Source: an uncultured Chloroflexia bacterium
Lineage (GTDB): Bacteria > Chloroflexota > Limnocylindria > Limnocylindrales > CSP1-4
Assembly: GCA_963828165.1 (NCBI GenBank)
Contig: CAWHDR010000001.1
Location: forward strand, 2,304,001 to 2,368,000
DNA: 64,000 nt
Direction of reading: 5' to 3'
Part shown: piece by piece, positions 19,820-28,131 of the stretch
Layout of the letters: each line of letters begins with the position of its first letter
Numbering within the stretch: the first letter of the stretch is position 1
Translations under genes and position numbers: made by a program
Notes under the pieces: generated by a model
Told to the model about the DNA's origin: nothing
What the model saw: only the letters and a program-made list of their open reading frames with translations
The model's database searches: none

Positions 19820-20901
19820 CGCGGGCCCGATCGATCGCTGGCCCCGACGGCCGTGGCCGCGCCAGCCTGGACCGGCGCACCGTGGAGACCGCGGACCTGC
19901 GCGTGGATGGGCACGAGGTCCGTCATCAGGTCCCGGAACTGGTCCAGAGTGAGCTGCTGCTCGGCGTCGGACAGGGCGTCGTCCGGTGTGGGGTGGACCT
20001 CGACCATGACGCCGTCCGCTCCGACCGCGACACCACCGAGCGCGAGCGGCTTGACGAGCCAGCGCTTGCCGGTGGCGTGGCTCGGATCGACGATGACCGG
20101 AAGGTGGGTCAGGTGGTGGAGCAGCGGGACGGCCGCAAGGTCCATCGTGTTGCGCGTGTACGTCTCGAACGTCCGGATCCCGCGCTCGCACAGGATGACG
20201 TTCGGGTTCCCGGAACTGACGATGTACTCGGCGGCCATCAGGAACTCCTCGATGGTCGCGCCGTAGCCACGCTTGAGCATGACCGGTCGCGCGACCCGGC
20301 CCATCTCGCGGAGCAGCGAGTAGTTCTGCATGTTCCGGGTCCCGATCTGGAGGATGTCCGCGTACTCGGCGACGATGTCGACCTGGGACGGCTCCATCAC
20401 CTCGGTGATGATCGGCAGCCCGGTGCGCTCGCGTGCCTCGGCGAGATAGCGCAGGCCCTCGACGCCCAGGCCCTGGAAGGAGTACGGGCTCGTGCGTGGC
20501 TTGAACGCCCCGCCGCGCAGGATCGTGGCCCCGGCGGCCTTGACCGCATCGGCGGTCTCGAACAGCATGTCGCGGCTCTCGACCGAACAGGGGCCCGCCA
20601 TCATCGTCAGTGAGCCATCGCCGATGACCGCGTCCAGGACCCGGACCACCGTGTCCTCGGGCCGGAACTCCCGGGACGTCAGCTTGAACGGCTGGCTGAT
20701 CGGGGTGACCCGCTCGACGCCAGCCAGCGCCGACAGCCGCTCGACCAGCACCGGCTTGCGTCCGCCGATCTCCCCGACCACGGCGATCACCACGCGCTCG
20801 TCCCCGACGTGATCGAAGGGCGTCAGGCCCTCGGCCAGGATCCTGCTCTTGACTCCGAGGACCTCGGCCTCACTGGCGCCGACGGTCATCACGACGAACA
20901 T
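19816..20901 (-). CDS. aroF: DAHP synthase type I-beta with N-terminal regulatory (ACT-like) domain
   Basis: [36 protein letters not shown] motifs; GAGGAG SD. Confidence 0.94.
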   Translation of the reverse strand: MFVVMTVGASEAEVLGVKSRILAEGLTPFDHVGDERVVIAVVGEIGGRKPVLVERLSALAGVERVTPISQPFKLTSREFRPEDTVVRVLDAVIGDGSLTMMAGPCSVESRDMLFETADAVKAAGATILRGGAFKPRTSPYSFQGLGVEGLRYLAEARERTGLPIITEVMEPSQVDIVAEYADILQIGTRNMQNYSLLREMGRVARPVMLKRGYGATIEEFLMAAEYIVSSGNPNVILCERGIRTFETYTRNTMDLAAVPLLHHLTHLPVIVDPSHATGKRWLVKPLALGGVAVGADGVMVEVHPTPDDALSDAEQQLTLDQFRDLMTDLVPIHAQVRGLHGAPVQAGAATAVGASDRSGPR

Positions 20902-20933
20902 CGCGGTGCGGTCTCCTCGTCGGTCGGCCAAAC

Positions 20934-20960
20934 AAAAAAGCAGAGGTGTGACCTCTGCTT
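20934..20960 (-). terminator. Attenuator terminator upstream of aroF
   Basis: Minus-strand AAGCAGAGGT-CAC-ACCTCTGCTT followed by TTTT, about 30 nt before the aroF start. Confidence 0.88.
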
Positions 20961-21008
20961 CGTTTGCCCGGCACGACCTGTGCCCCCGGTCCTATCGACC
21001 GGGAACGT

Positions 21009-21044
21009 TCATGCCGGGCATCGAAAATAGAAGTAGCGGTCCAT
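21009..21044 (-). CDS. Tyr/Phe-rich attenuation leader peptide MDRYFYFRCPA
   Basis: ATG GAC CGC TAC TTC TAT TTT CGA TGC CCG GCA TGA, lying between a promoter and a terminator ahead of the aro operon. Confidence 0.8.
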   Translation of the reverse strand: MDRYFYFRCPA

Positions 21045-21054
21045 GCGTGTGCGG

Positions 21055-21083
21055 AGTGTGCCGAGCGCCGCGCTCGATGTCAA
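21055..21083 (-). promoter_or_regulatory. Promoter of aro operon
   Basis: TTGACA-N17-CACACT; the -10 box ends 10 nt before the leader ATG. Confidence 0.7.
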
Positions 21084-21676
21084 CGCGCGTCGGGCTCCGC
21101 CAGGGCGCGCGACATGATGGCCGCGACCACGTCGGTCTTGGCGTCCGCGTAGTGCTGGACGTATTTCCAGTCCCGCGCCGCCAGGTCGTGCTTCGTTCGT
21201 TCGTACAGCAGGCGGTCCTCGTCGTGGCTGCGGAGCCAATCACGAAACGCCAGCATGCGCTCGATCTCCGTGGTCCCGACGGTGAAGACGTGGATGTTCG
21301 ACGCCGGATCCGATCCCTTGAACAGCCGATGCTCGAACCATTCCGGCTCGCGGATGCGGAGCACGTAGCCCGCGGCCTCCATCGGCGGCACGTAGGCGTC
21401 CTCGTCCGTCGAGTCCGGGACCGCCAGCACGATGTCGATGATCGGCTTGGCCGAGAGCCCGGGGACCGACGTCGATCCGACGTGCTCGAGGAGCCTGACC
21501 TGATCGCCCAGCGCGTCCCGAATGCGTGTCGCCTCCTCTTCGAAGGCAGTCGCCCAAGCCGGGTCGTAGTCGTCGAGGAGGACCGGACCCGCCAGGACCA
21601 CGAGCTCCCCGATCGTCACGTCGCGCAGGGCCTCCTCGCTGGCCGCCTGGGACATCGGTGGTCGCTCGTGAGTCAT
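21080..21676 (-). CDS. GrpB/UPF0157 family nucleotidyltransferase-like protein
   Basis: YDPAW, EHVGSTSVPGLSAKPIIDI, FRDWLR, Y..AK motifs. Confidence 0.9.
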   Translation of the reverse strand: MTHERPPMSQAASEEALRDVTIGELVVLAGPVLLDDYDPAWATAFEEEATRIRDALGDQVRLLEHVGSTSVPGLSAKPIIDIVLAVPDSTDEDAYVPPMEAAGYVLRIREPEWFEHRLFKGSDPASNIHVFTVGTTEIERMLAFRDWLRSHDEDRLLYERTKHDLAARDWKYVQHYADAKTDVVAAIMSRALAEPDAR

Positions 21677-21688
21677 GCGCGCTGCGGC

Positions 21689-21846
21689 CTACTCGAACCG
21701 GTCGAGCAGCGCCTCGGCCTGGAGCTTGCCCCAGCCGCGGAGGCTGGCTCGGTCGAAATAGACCGAGACGGCCATGTACAGGTGGTGGGCGCTGAGCTCA
21801 CTGCCGATCTGGGCGATGACAGCTTGCGCAGGTCGCCACTGATCAC
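21689..21846 (-). pseudogene. Ferritin remnant (frameshifted, internally deleted)
   Basis: SD GGAGG + GTG gives MISGDLRK; after a frame change it reads AVIAQIGSELSAHHLYMAVSVYFDRASLRGWGKLQAEALLDRFE*, like ferritin helix A (Q...EL....Y..M..YF). Confidence 0.65.
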
Positions 21847-21940
21847 AATGGTCCCTCCGAATCTGGCGAGTGCACGTGGCCGGATCGGTGGGTCCGGCCG
21901 CTCGTCGGCCTCATGATAGGATGGCGCCCGCCGTATCGAC

Positions 21941-22032
21941 GGAGAGGTCGCATAGAGGTCTAGTGCAGCGGTTTGCTAAACCGCCATGTGGGGCAACCTG
22001 CATCGAGGGTTCGAATCCCTCCCTCTCCGCCA
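21941..22032 (+). tRNA. tRNA-Ser(GCT)
   Basis: GGAGAGG/CCTCTCC acceptor, GCGGT-TTGCTAA-ACCGC anticodon arm, long variable arm, CCA. Confidence 0.95.
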
Positions 22033-22055
22033 GACCTCTCCGGTCCCGGCATCAT

Positions 22056-22131
22056 GCGCCCGTAGCTCAGTGGATAGAGCGTTAGGTTGCGGACCTAAAG
22101 GTCGTGAGTTCGAGTCTCGCCGGGCGCGCCA
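22056..22131 (+). tRNA. tRNA-Arg(GCG)
   Basis: GCGCCCG/CGGGCGC acceptor, TTAGG-TTGCGGA-CCTAA arm (anticodon GCG at 22089-22091), CCA. Confidence 0.95.
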
Positions 22132-22142
22132 ACAATGCTTGA

Positions 22143-22568
22143 TCACCGCGGTGGCTGGCCGTCCTTGAACTGCGCCCAGGTCTGCGTGGCGAGGTCGCGG
22201 ACGGCGTCGTCGTCGATCTGCTCGGGCCTGGTGATGTTGATGCAGCTCCGGCCGATCTTCGTGCCCGGAAACCGGTGGTGCAACGTCTCCACGAGATAGC
22301 CGCCCGAGCCGGTCGCCATCGAGAAGAGCGAGATGTAGCTCTTGCGGCTGGCCAGCCCGACCGAGAACCACTCGCCGACAGGGCCCTTGCTGTTCGAGTA
22401 GGTGTACGTCCCGTAGCCGATGAGCGGACCGCCGTAGTCCCACATCCGGACGTCCGCGGCAGGTAACGCCGCCAGCAGCAGGTCGTGCAGACGCTGCATG
22501 TGCGACCGTCGCGGCTCCGGCAACGATTCGATGTGCGCCTGCGCCTTGTCCTTGTCATCCGTCGTCAT
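22143..22568 (-). CDS. DUF1801 (YdhG-like) protein
   Basis: IGYGTYTY...WFSVGLASRKSYISL...GRSCI pattern. Confidence 0.8.
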   Translation of the reverse strand: MTTDDKDKAQAHIESLPEPRRSHMQRLHDLLLAALPAADVRMWDYGGPLIGYGTYTYSNSKGPVGEWFSVGLASRKSYISLFSMATGSGGYLVETLHHRFPGTKIGRSCINITRPEQIDDDAVRDLATQTWAQFKDGQPPR

Positions 22569-22619
22569 CCAACCCTCCCGTGTCGCGATGGTAGCGCGGC
22601 TCTGATGCGGCGAGCCGCG

Positions 22620-23858
22620 TCAGGAGGCGACGACCGGTGATCGTTTGCGAGGGTTCGAGCGGAGTGCCGCGTCGGACACGGTGATCGCCGCCGCCCCGGC
22701 GACGCCCACGAGGCTGAGGAGCATCGTCACCTCGAAGCCGAAGACCGCCACGACCGGAGCACCGCCGATGCTGCCGATGACCAGGGCCACCGCCAGCGCC
22801 GCCGAGAACAACGAGAAGGCGCTGCCACGGTCCGCGTCGGCGCTGCGTCGTGACAGCTCCACGAGCATCGGCGTCATCACGAGTCCGCCCCCGGCGCCAC
22901 TGAGGAGTCCCGCAGCGACGAGCAGGGGCGTCGTCGGGGGGAGTGCCACCAGCAGGACCGCCAGCGCCGTCGCCGCGAGGCCGGCAAGCATCAGCAATGC
23001 GGGTCGCATCCGGTCGGCGAGCCAGCCCGACGGGACGCGGCTGAGCAGGATGGCTACGCCGTCGGCAGCGAAGAAGAGGCCGATGTCGGCGCCCGCGGCC
23101 TCCGCGCGCTGGGGGAGGTAGGCGATGATCACCCCCCAGTGCACGATGAACAGGATGACGATCGCGATGATCGGCGCCCAGGTCCGTCGGAAGGCGAAGC
23201 CAAGCCGCCGGCGAGCCTCGCGCAACGGACGCTCATCGTGGCCGCCCGCTCCCGTGCCGGAGCGGAACCGGAAGGTTCGGATCCAGACCAGGGTCAGGCC
23301 GATCAGGACCGAGACCGTCATCACCAGCGCGACCCCATGCAGTGACGTCACCGACAGCACGACCAGGGACAGCGGCGGGATCGCCACGAGGGTCAGGTTG
23401 TGGGCACTGCCCATGAACGCCAGGGCGAAGCCGCGCCGCGCGGGTTCGGTCAGATGCGGGACGAGCGACAGCGCCGCCGGCAGCGTCCCGGCGATCCCGA
23501 TGCCCTGGAAGATCCGGGCGACGACGAACGGCCCGGCCGGCCCGCCCGGCTCGACGCCGGGGAGCAGGAGGATCCCGCAACCGACGAGGTAGGCGAGCCC
23601 CCCGATCGTGAGCATCCGGAGCCCACCCAATCGATCGACGATGACGCCCGCCAGGAACGCTGCCGGCACCTGGACGAGCGCCGCCACGCCGACGATGAGC
23701 CCGATCTCGGGATCCGGCACGCCGGCTCGAGCAAGCGCCACCGGTAGCGACGCGGTGAAGCCGTGGAACCCGGCCTGGACGGCGAACAACGCGAGCGCGA
23801 GTCGGAGCACGCCCCAATCATCCCGGTGTTGCCGCCATCGCGCGCCACCATCGCGCAT
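22620..23858 (-). CDS. MFS transporter (start uncertain; alternative GTG at 23810)
   Basis: About 12 hydrophobic helices; AGVIVDRLG and SGWLADRM motif-A repeats. Confidence 0.88.
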   Translation of the reverse strand: MRDGGARWRQHRDDWGVLRLALALFAVQAGFHGFTASLPVALARAGVPDPEIGLIVGVAALVQVPAAFLAGVIVDRLGGLRMLTIGGLAYLVGCGILLLPGVEPGGPAGPFVVARIFQGIGIAGTLPAALSLVPHLTEPARRGFALAFMGSAHNLTLVAIPPLSLVVLSVTSLHGVALVMTVSVLIGLTLVWIRTFRFRSGTGAGGHDERPLREARRRLGFAFRRTWAPIIAIVILFIVHWGVIIAYLPQRAEAAGADIGLFFAADGVAILLSRVPSGWLADRMRPALLMLAGLAATALAVLLVALPPTTPLLVAAGLLSGAGGGLVMTPMLVELSRRSADADRGSAFSLFSAALAVALVIGSIGGAPVVAVFGFEVTMLLSLVGVAGAAAITVSDAALRSNPRKRSPVVAS

Positions 23859-23893
23859 GGCGCCGTCGATGTCGAAGCCCGTACCATCGCGAG

Positions 23894-24775
23894 ATGCAGC
23901 GCGTGGCATTCCTCGGTCTCGGGACGATGGGCGCAGCGATGGCCGCGAACCTGGCTCGTGCCGGCTTTCCGGTCGCCGCGTGGAACCGGACCCCCGACCG
24001 CGCCCCGGAACTGCAGGAGCTCGGCGTCACCACGGCGTCGAGCCCCGCGGATGCGGCCTCGAACGCCGAGATCGTCGTCATCTGCGTGTCGGATACGCCC
24101 GATGTCGAGGCCGTGCTGTTCGGGCCGGAAGGCGTCGTCGAAGGCGCCGAGCCCGGCACCCTGATCGTCGACTGCTCGACCATCGCCCCGTCTGGCAGCT
24201 GGGACTTCGCCGCTCGACTCCGGGAGCGCGACCTGCGCATGGTCGACGCGCCGGTGTCGGGCGGTTCGGAGGGGGCGCGCAACGCGACCCTCACGATCTT
24301 CGTCGGCGGCGCCGAGCGCGACGTCGAGCACGCCCGACCCGTGCTCAACGCGCTCGGCCGGACGATCACCCACGTCGGACCCATCGGCGCGGGGCAGGCG
24401 GTCAAGGCCGTCAACCAGGTCATCCTCGCGGGCACCTACCTCGGCGTCGCGGAGGGCATCGTCCTCGCCATCAAGGCCGGTCTCGACGTCGAACAGGTCG
24501 TCGAGGCGCTCGGCGGGGGAGCGGCCCAGAGCTGGGTCCTCGCCAATCGCGCCGGCCGGATGATCGACAACGAGTACCCGCTGGGCTTCAAGGTCGCGTT
24601 GCACCGCAAGGACCTCACGATCGCGCTCGAGCTCGCCGCCCAGCTGGGTGCCGCGCTACCGGTCAGCGCCCTGGCCGCCCAGCTCGAGTCGGGGCTCATC
24701 GCCCGGGGACATGCCGATGACGACATGTCGGCCCTCGCGCGCGCGATCCGCGGTCTGTCCGGCCTCGACGACTGA
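23894..24775 (+). CDS. NAD(P)-dependent beta-hydroxyacid dehydrogenase (3-hydroxyisobutyrate / tartronate semialdehyde reductase family)
   Basis: FLGLGTMG, DAPVSGG, catalytic K in VKAVNQ, KDL motifs. Confidence 0.92.
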   Translation: MQRVAFLGLGTMGAAMAANLARAGFPVAAWNRTPDRAPELQELGVTTASSPADAASNAEIVVICVSDTPDVEAVLFGPEGVVEGAEPGTLIVDCSTIAPSGSWDFAARLRERDLRMVDAPVSGGSEGARNATLTIFVGGAERDVEHARPVLNALGRTITHVGPIGAGQAVKAVNQVILAGTYLGVAEGIVLAIKAGLDVEQVVEALGGGAAQSWVLANRAGRMIDNEYPLGFKVALHRKDLTIALELAAQLGAALPVSALAAQLESGLIARGHADDDMSALARAIRGLSGLDD

Positions 24776-24796
24776 CCGGACGGGCCGCCCAACGAC

Positions 24797-25975
24797 TCAG
24801 TCCAGGCCCACCAGCAGCATCGGGTCGCCGAGCTTGCCCTCGTAGCGCGGCCGGAAGCGCTTCGCGTTATACATGACCGGGACATCGACCTTGCGCGGGC
24901 CGAGGGCCGGATTTGGCAGGTCCGTGTGCGCGTATTTCCCATCCTGGATCGCGACCATGCGGCCGGTGACACCGTCCATGATCAGGTCCATGGCCACGTT
25001 CGCGAAGGTCGTCGCGACCATCGAATCGATGGAGTCCGGCTCGCCCGACCGCAGGTCGTAGGTCAGCTCGGAGGCGAGCGTCTCGATCCCGGTCCGGACG
25101 TGCAGCTCGTAGGCCAGCGCCTCGCCGACATTGGCCTTGTGGCGGTGCCCGAAGGCGTCGGCCTCGCCGACATCGGACACTTGGGCACCCTTCCAGATCG
25201 CACCTTCGGCCGTGATGACGAAGGTGTAGTGCGACGGGTTCGCGGCATGGTCGGCCGCGAGGAGGGCCGCCAGGGCCTCGAGGTCGTAGGGCGCCTCCGG
25301 GATCACGCATCGCGCCGACGTGACGTACGCCGTGTAGAGCGCCGAGAAGCCGGCATCGCGCCCGAAGATCCGGAAGACACCGATCCGTTCGTGTGAGCCG
25401 AGCGTGGTCCGCTGCCGGTTGATCGCTTCCTTCGCGCGCGTGATCGCGGTCGAGAAGCCGATGCAGTACTCGGTTCCCTGGACGTCGTTGTCCATCGTCT
25501 TGGGGATGGCAACCAATGAGACGCCCGCATCAGCGAGGACCTGCGAGTACGACAGGGTATCGTCCCCGCCGATCGTCACCAGGACATCCACGTCGAGGGC
25601 GGCAAGGTGGTCCAGGACGAGCGGCGTGAGGTCGTGGAGGTCGTCGCCCACCGCAAACTTCGCCCGATCGGCCTCCGGCAGCCAGGGCGGCAGGGCTCCA
25701 GCACGCATCTTGCGGGGGTTCGTTCGCGAGGTATGAAGGATGGTCCCGCCGGTCCGGTCGATCGTCCGGGTGTTGATCCGGTCGAGCGGACGCAGGTAGC
25801 CGCCGCCCTCGGGCAGCTCGGGCTGGACGTGGGTCAGGCCTTCCCAGCCGCGCCGGATGCCGAGCACCTCGTGGCCGGCCTCGGTCGCTCGATACACGAC
25901 GCTCTTGATGACCGCGTTGAGGCCGGGAACGTCGCCACCGCCCGTCAGGATGGCGATCCGCTTCGTCGTCGACAT
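24797..25975 (-). CDS. pfkA: 6-phosphofructokinase family protein, PPi-type signature
   Basis: TGGGDVPGLN, GGTILHTSR, GGDDT, PKTMDND motifs. Confidence 0.85.
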   Translation of the reverse strand: MSTTKRIAILTGGGDVPGLNAVIKSVVYRATEAGHEVLGIRRGWEGLTHVQPELPEGGGYLRPLDRINTRTIDRTGGTILHTSRTNPRKMRAGALPPWLPEADRAKFAVGDDLHDLTPLVLDHLAALDVDVLVTIGGDDTLSYSQVLADAGVSLVAIPKTMDNDVQGTEYCIGFSTAITRAKEAINRQRTTLGSHERIGVFRIFGRDAGFSALYTAYVTSARCVIPEAPYDLEALAALLAADHAANPSHYTFVITAEGAIWKGAQVSDVGEADAFGHRHKANVGEALAYELHVRTGIETLASELTYDLRSGEPDSIDSMVATTFANVAMDLIMDGVTGRMVAIQDGKYAHTDLPNPALGPRKVDVPVMYNAKRFRPRYEGKLGDPMLLVGLD

Positions 25976-26067
25976 GCGCACGCCATGCTATCGCGTCGAC
26001 TCGGCCACGACCGTTGCGGTTGGGTGGCGCCAACGGAGCGCGCGCGACCGTCTGCTAGCATCGTCCC

Positions 26068-26508
26068 ATGAACTACGAGCTCTTCATGGGCGAGGCACTG
26101 GCGGAGGCGGAGCTCGCCATCGAGCGCGGTGAGCGGCCGATCGCCGCCGTCGCCGTCGTCGATGAGGCCATGGTGGCCAGGGCTCACGACCGAGTCGAAT
26201 CGACGAACGACCCGACCGCCCACGCGGTCGTCGTCGCCCTGCGCGAAGCCGCCCGCCGCCTGGGCCGTGGCCGCCTTGCGGACGCCACGATCTTCACGAC
26301 CCATGAGCCGTGCGCGATGTGTGTCGGGGCCCTCCTGGCCAGTGACGTCGAGGCGCTCGTCTTCGCATTCGAGGACACCAGAGAGGGCGCAGCGGGCACG
26401 GTCCTGCAGCTGGCGCAGCACCCGGGTCTGCCGCGACGAATCAAGGTCGTGAGCGGGATCCGGCGCGACGAAGCCGAAGCGCTGCTCGCCGGAGCGCCGA
26501 CCGCCTGA
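26068..26508 (+). CDS. tadA: TadA-like nucleoside deaminase with degenerate active site (HAV instead of HAE)
   Basis: FMGEALAEA..A...GERP, DPTAHA, EPCAMC; position upstream of SRP RNA-dnaX as in Bacillota. Confidence 0.8.
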   Translation: MNYELFMGEALAEAELAIERGERPIAAVAVVDEAMVARAHDRVESTNDPTAHAVVVALREAARRLGRGRLADATIFTTHEPCAMCVGALLASDVEALVFAFEDTREGAAGTVLQLAQHPGLPRRIKVVSGIRRDEAEALLAGAPTA

Positions 26509-26695
26509 CCGGGGGTCGCCTGCTGGTCACGTCCAGTGACCCCTATCCCGATGAACACGCGGGCGTGCCGATCAGATCCAGCGGTTTTGCGGGTCACCCC
26601 AGCGTGTTCATCGCGACCGTGTCACTGAGCGAGGCATGCGCGGTCCGAGGCGCCTGTCACCGGACAAGGACTCGCGCTTTGGTATCCTCTCCCGC

Positions 26696-26781
<86 letters not shown>

Positions 26782-26983
26782 CAACCGCCCGCCGGTCGCG
26801 ATGGCGGCCGATGCGTGCGTTGTCGCCTCCGGTCCTCGCTCACGCACCTTGGGTGCGCTCGCTCCGGTGCTCGGACGGCGCCATCGCCTCGACGCCCATG
26901 GCGGCGGGCTGACGTCATGGGCCGGACGGTCCGCCGGGGAACGCGGTGCGCGCCGGGTGGCATCCCGTTACCCTGCCCCCTCG

Positions 26984-27071
26984 GGAGAGGTCGCCTAGTG
27001 GACTATGGCGCCGCACTGGAAATGCGGTTTGGGGCAACCCATCGCGGGTTCGAATCCCGCCCTCTCCGCCA
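26984..27071 (+). tRNA. tRNA-Ser(GGA)
   Basis: CCGCA-CTGGAAA-TGCGG anticodon arm, long variable arm, CCA. Confidence 0.95.
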
Positions 27072-27116
27072 CACCCGGCCGCCGGCTGACATTCCGCGCA
27101 CGAGTAGGTCACGCTC

Positions 27117-27803
27117 ATGACCCAGACCCTCCTGCCGAGCATCACGCCGTTGCTCCTGTCGGAGTTCCGGTTTCCGGATCCGGCGCTGGCCGACCGGGTC
27201 GGCGTCGTCGTCGGCTATGTCGTCCGCCACGAGCGCGGGATCCTGCTGTTCGATACCGGGTTCGGGTTCGGAAACGCGGAGCTGGAGGCTACGTACCATC
27301 CGGTCGCCCGACCGATCGGCGAGGTCCTGGCGAGCGTTGGCATCGAGATGGGCGAGATCACCGAAATCGTGAATTGCCACCTTCACGCGGATCACGCCGG
27401 ACAGAACGCCGCGTTTCCAGGGACGCCGATCTTCGTCCAGCCCGTCGAATGGGAGCTGGCGCACACGCCGGATCACACCATCCTCGAGTGGGTCGACTTT
27501 GCCGGAGCTCGATATCGACAGATCGCGGGGGACCACCAGGTCGCACCCGGCGTCCGTGTCGTCGCGACCCCGGGCCACACGCCAGGTCACCAATCCCTGG
27601 TCGTCGACGGACCCGACGGCTCCATCGTCCTCGCCGGCCAGGCCTGCTACACCGTCGGCGAATGGACGGGTGATCCGGATGCCCTCGAAGGGCGGAGCGG
27701 CGCCCCCGACAAGGCCGCGTACGATCGCTCGATCGAGCGCCTGCGCGCGCTGGATCCGGCCCAGGTCCTCCTCGGCCACGACCGCGAGCGATGGACGGCA
27801 TGA
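27117..27803 (+). CDS. Metallo-beta-lactamase fold hydrolase (N-acyl homoserine lactonase-like)
   Basis: LFDTG, HLHADHAG, TPGHTPGH, GHD motifs. Confidence 0.88.
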   Translation: MTQTLLPSITPLLLSEFRFPDPALADRVGVVVGYVVRHERGILLFDTGFGFGNAELEATYHPVARPIGEVLASVGIEMGEITEIVNCHLHADHAGQNAAFPGTPIFVQPVEWELAHTPDHTILEWVDFAGARYRQIAGDHQVAPGVRVVATPGHTPGHQSLVVDGPDGSIVLAGQACYTVGEWTGDPDALEGRSGAPDKAAYDRSIERLRALDPAQVLLGHDRERWTA

Positions 27804-27830
27804 CGGATCGGTCCGGGGTATCCTTCCCGG

Positions 27831-28097
27831 GCCGTGCTAGGCGGGGAACTAGCGGTGCCCTGTAGCCTGCAATCCGCTCCAGCAGGGCCGAATCCCCTCT
27901 CGAGGTCTCCGTTCTCGGACGCCGCCCGACGGTGCGACGTTGAGGACCGGGTCCCGCGCAGCGGCGAACCGCGAACCGTGTCAGGTCCGGAAGGAAGCAG
28001 CACTAAGCGATCCTCGTCGGGTGCCGCGGAACGGCCTGGTCCGAGCCGCCCGTCATGGTGGGCCCGAGCGACGGTCGATCGACGGAGGGTGCACGGC
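27831..28097 (+). ncRNA. ffs: Large bacterial SRP RNA (with Alu domain)
   Basis: 5' GCCGTGCTAGGCGGGGAA..AGCGGTGCCCTGT..CTGCAATCCGCT Alu-like part; helix 8 GTCAGGTCCGGAAGGAAGCAGC; closing GCACGGC; TATCCT -10 at 27819. Confidence 0.93.
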
Positions 28098-28131
28098 AAT
28101 TGATCCCGCTTGCCCCCGACCGGAGGAGGTC

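Noticed and set aside
27940-28131. N-terminal extension of DnaX in the ORF track
   Set aside because: Overlaps the SRP RNA; a strong SD supports GTG 28132.
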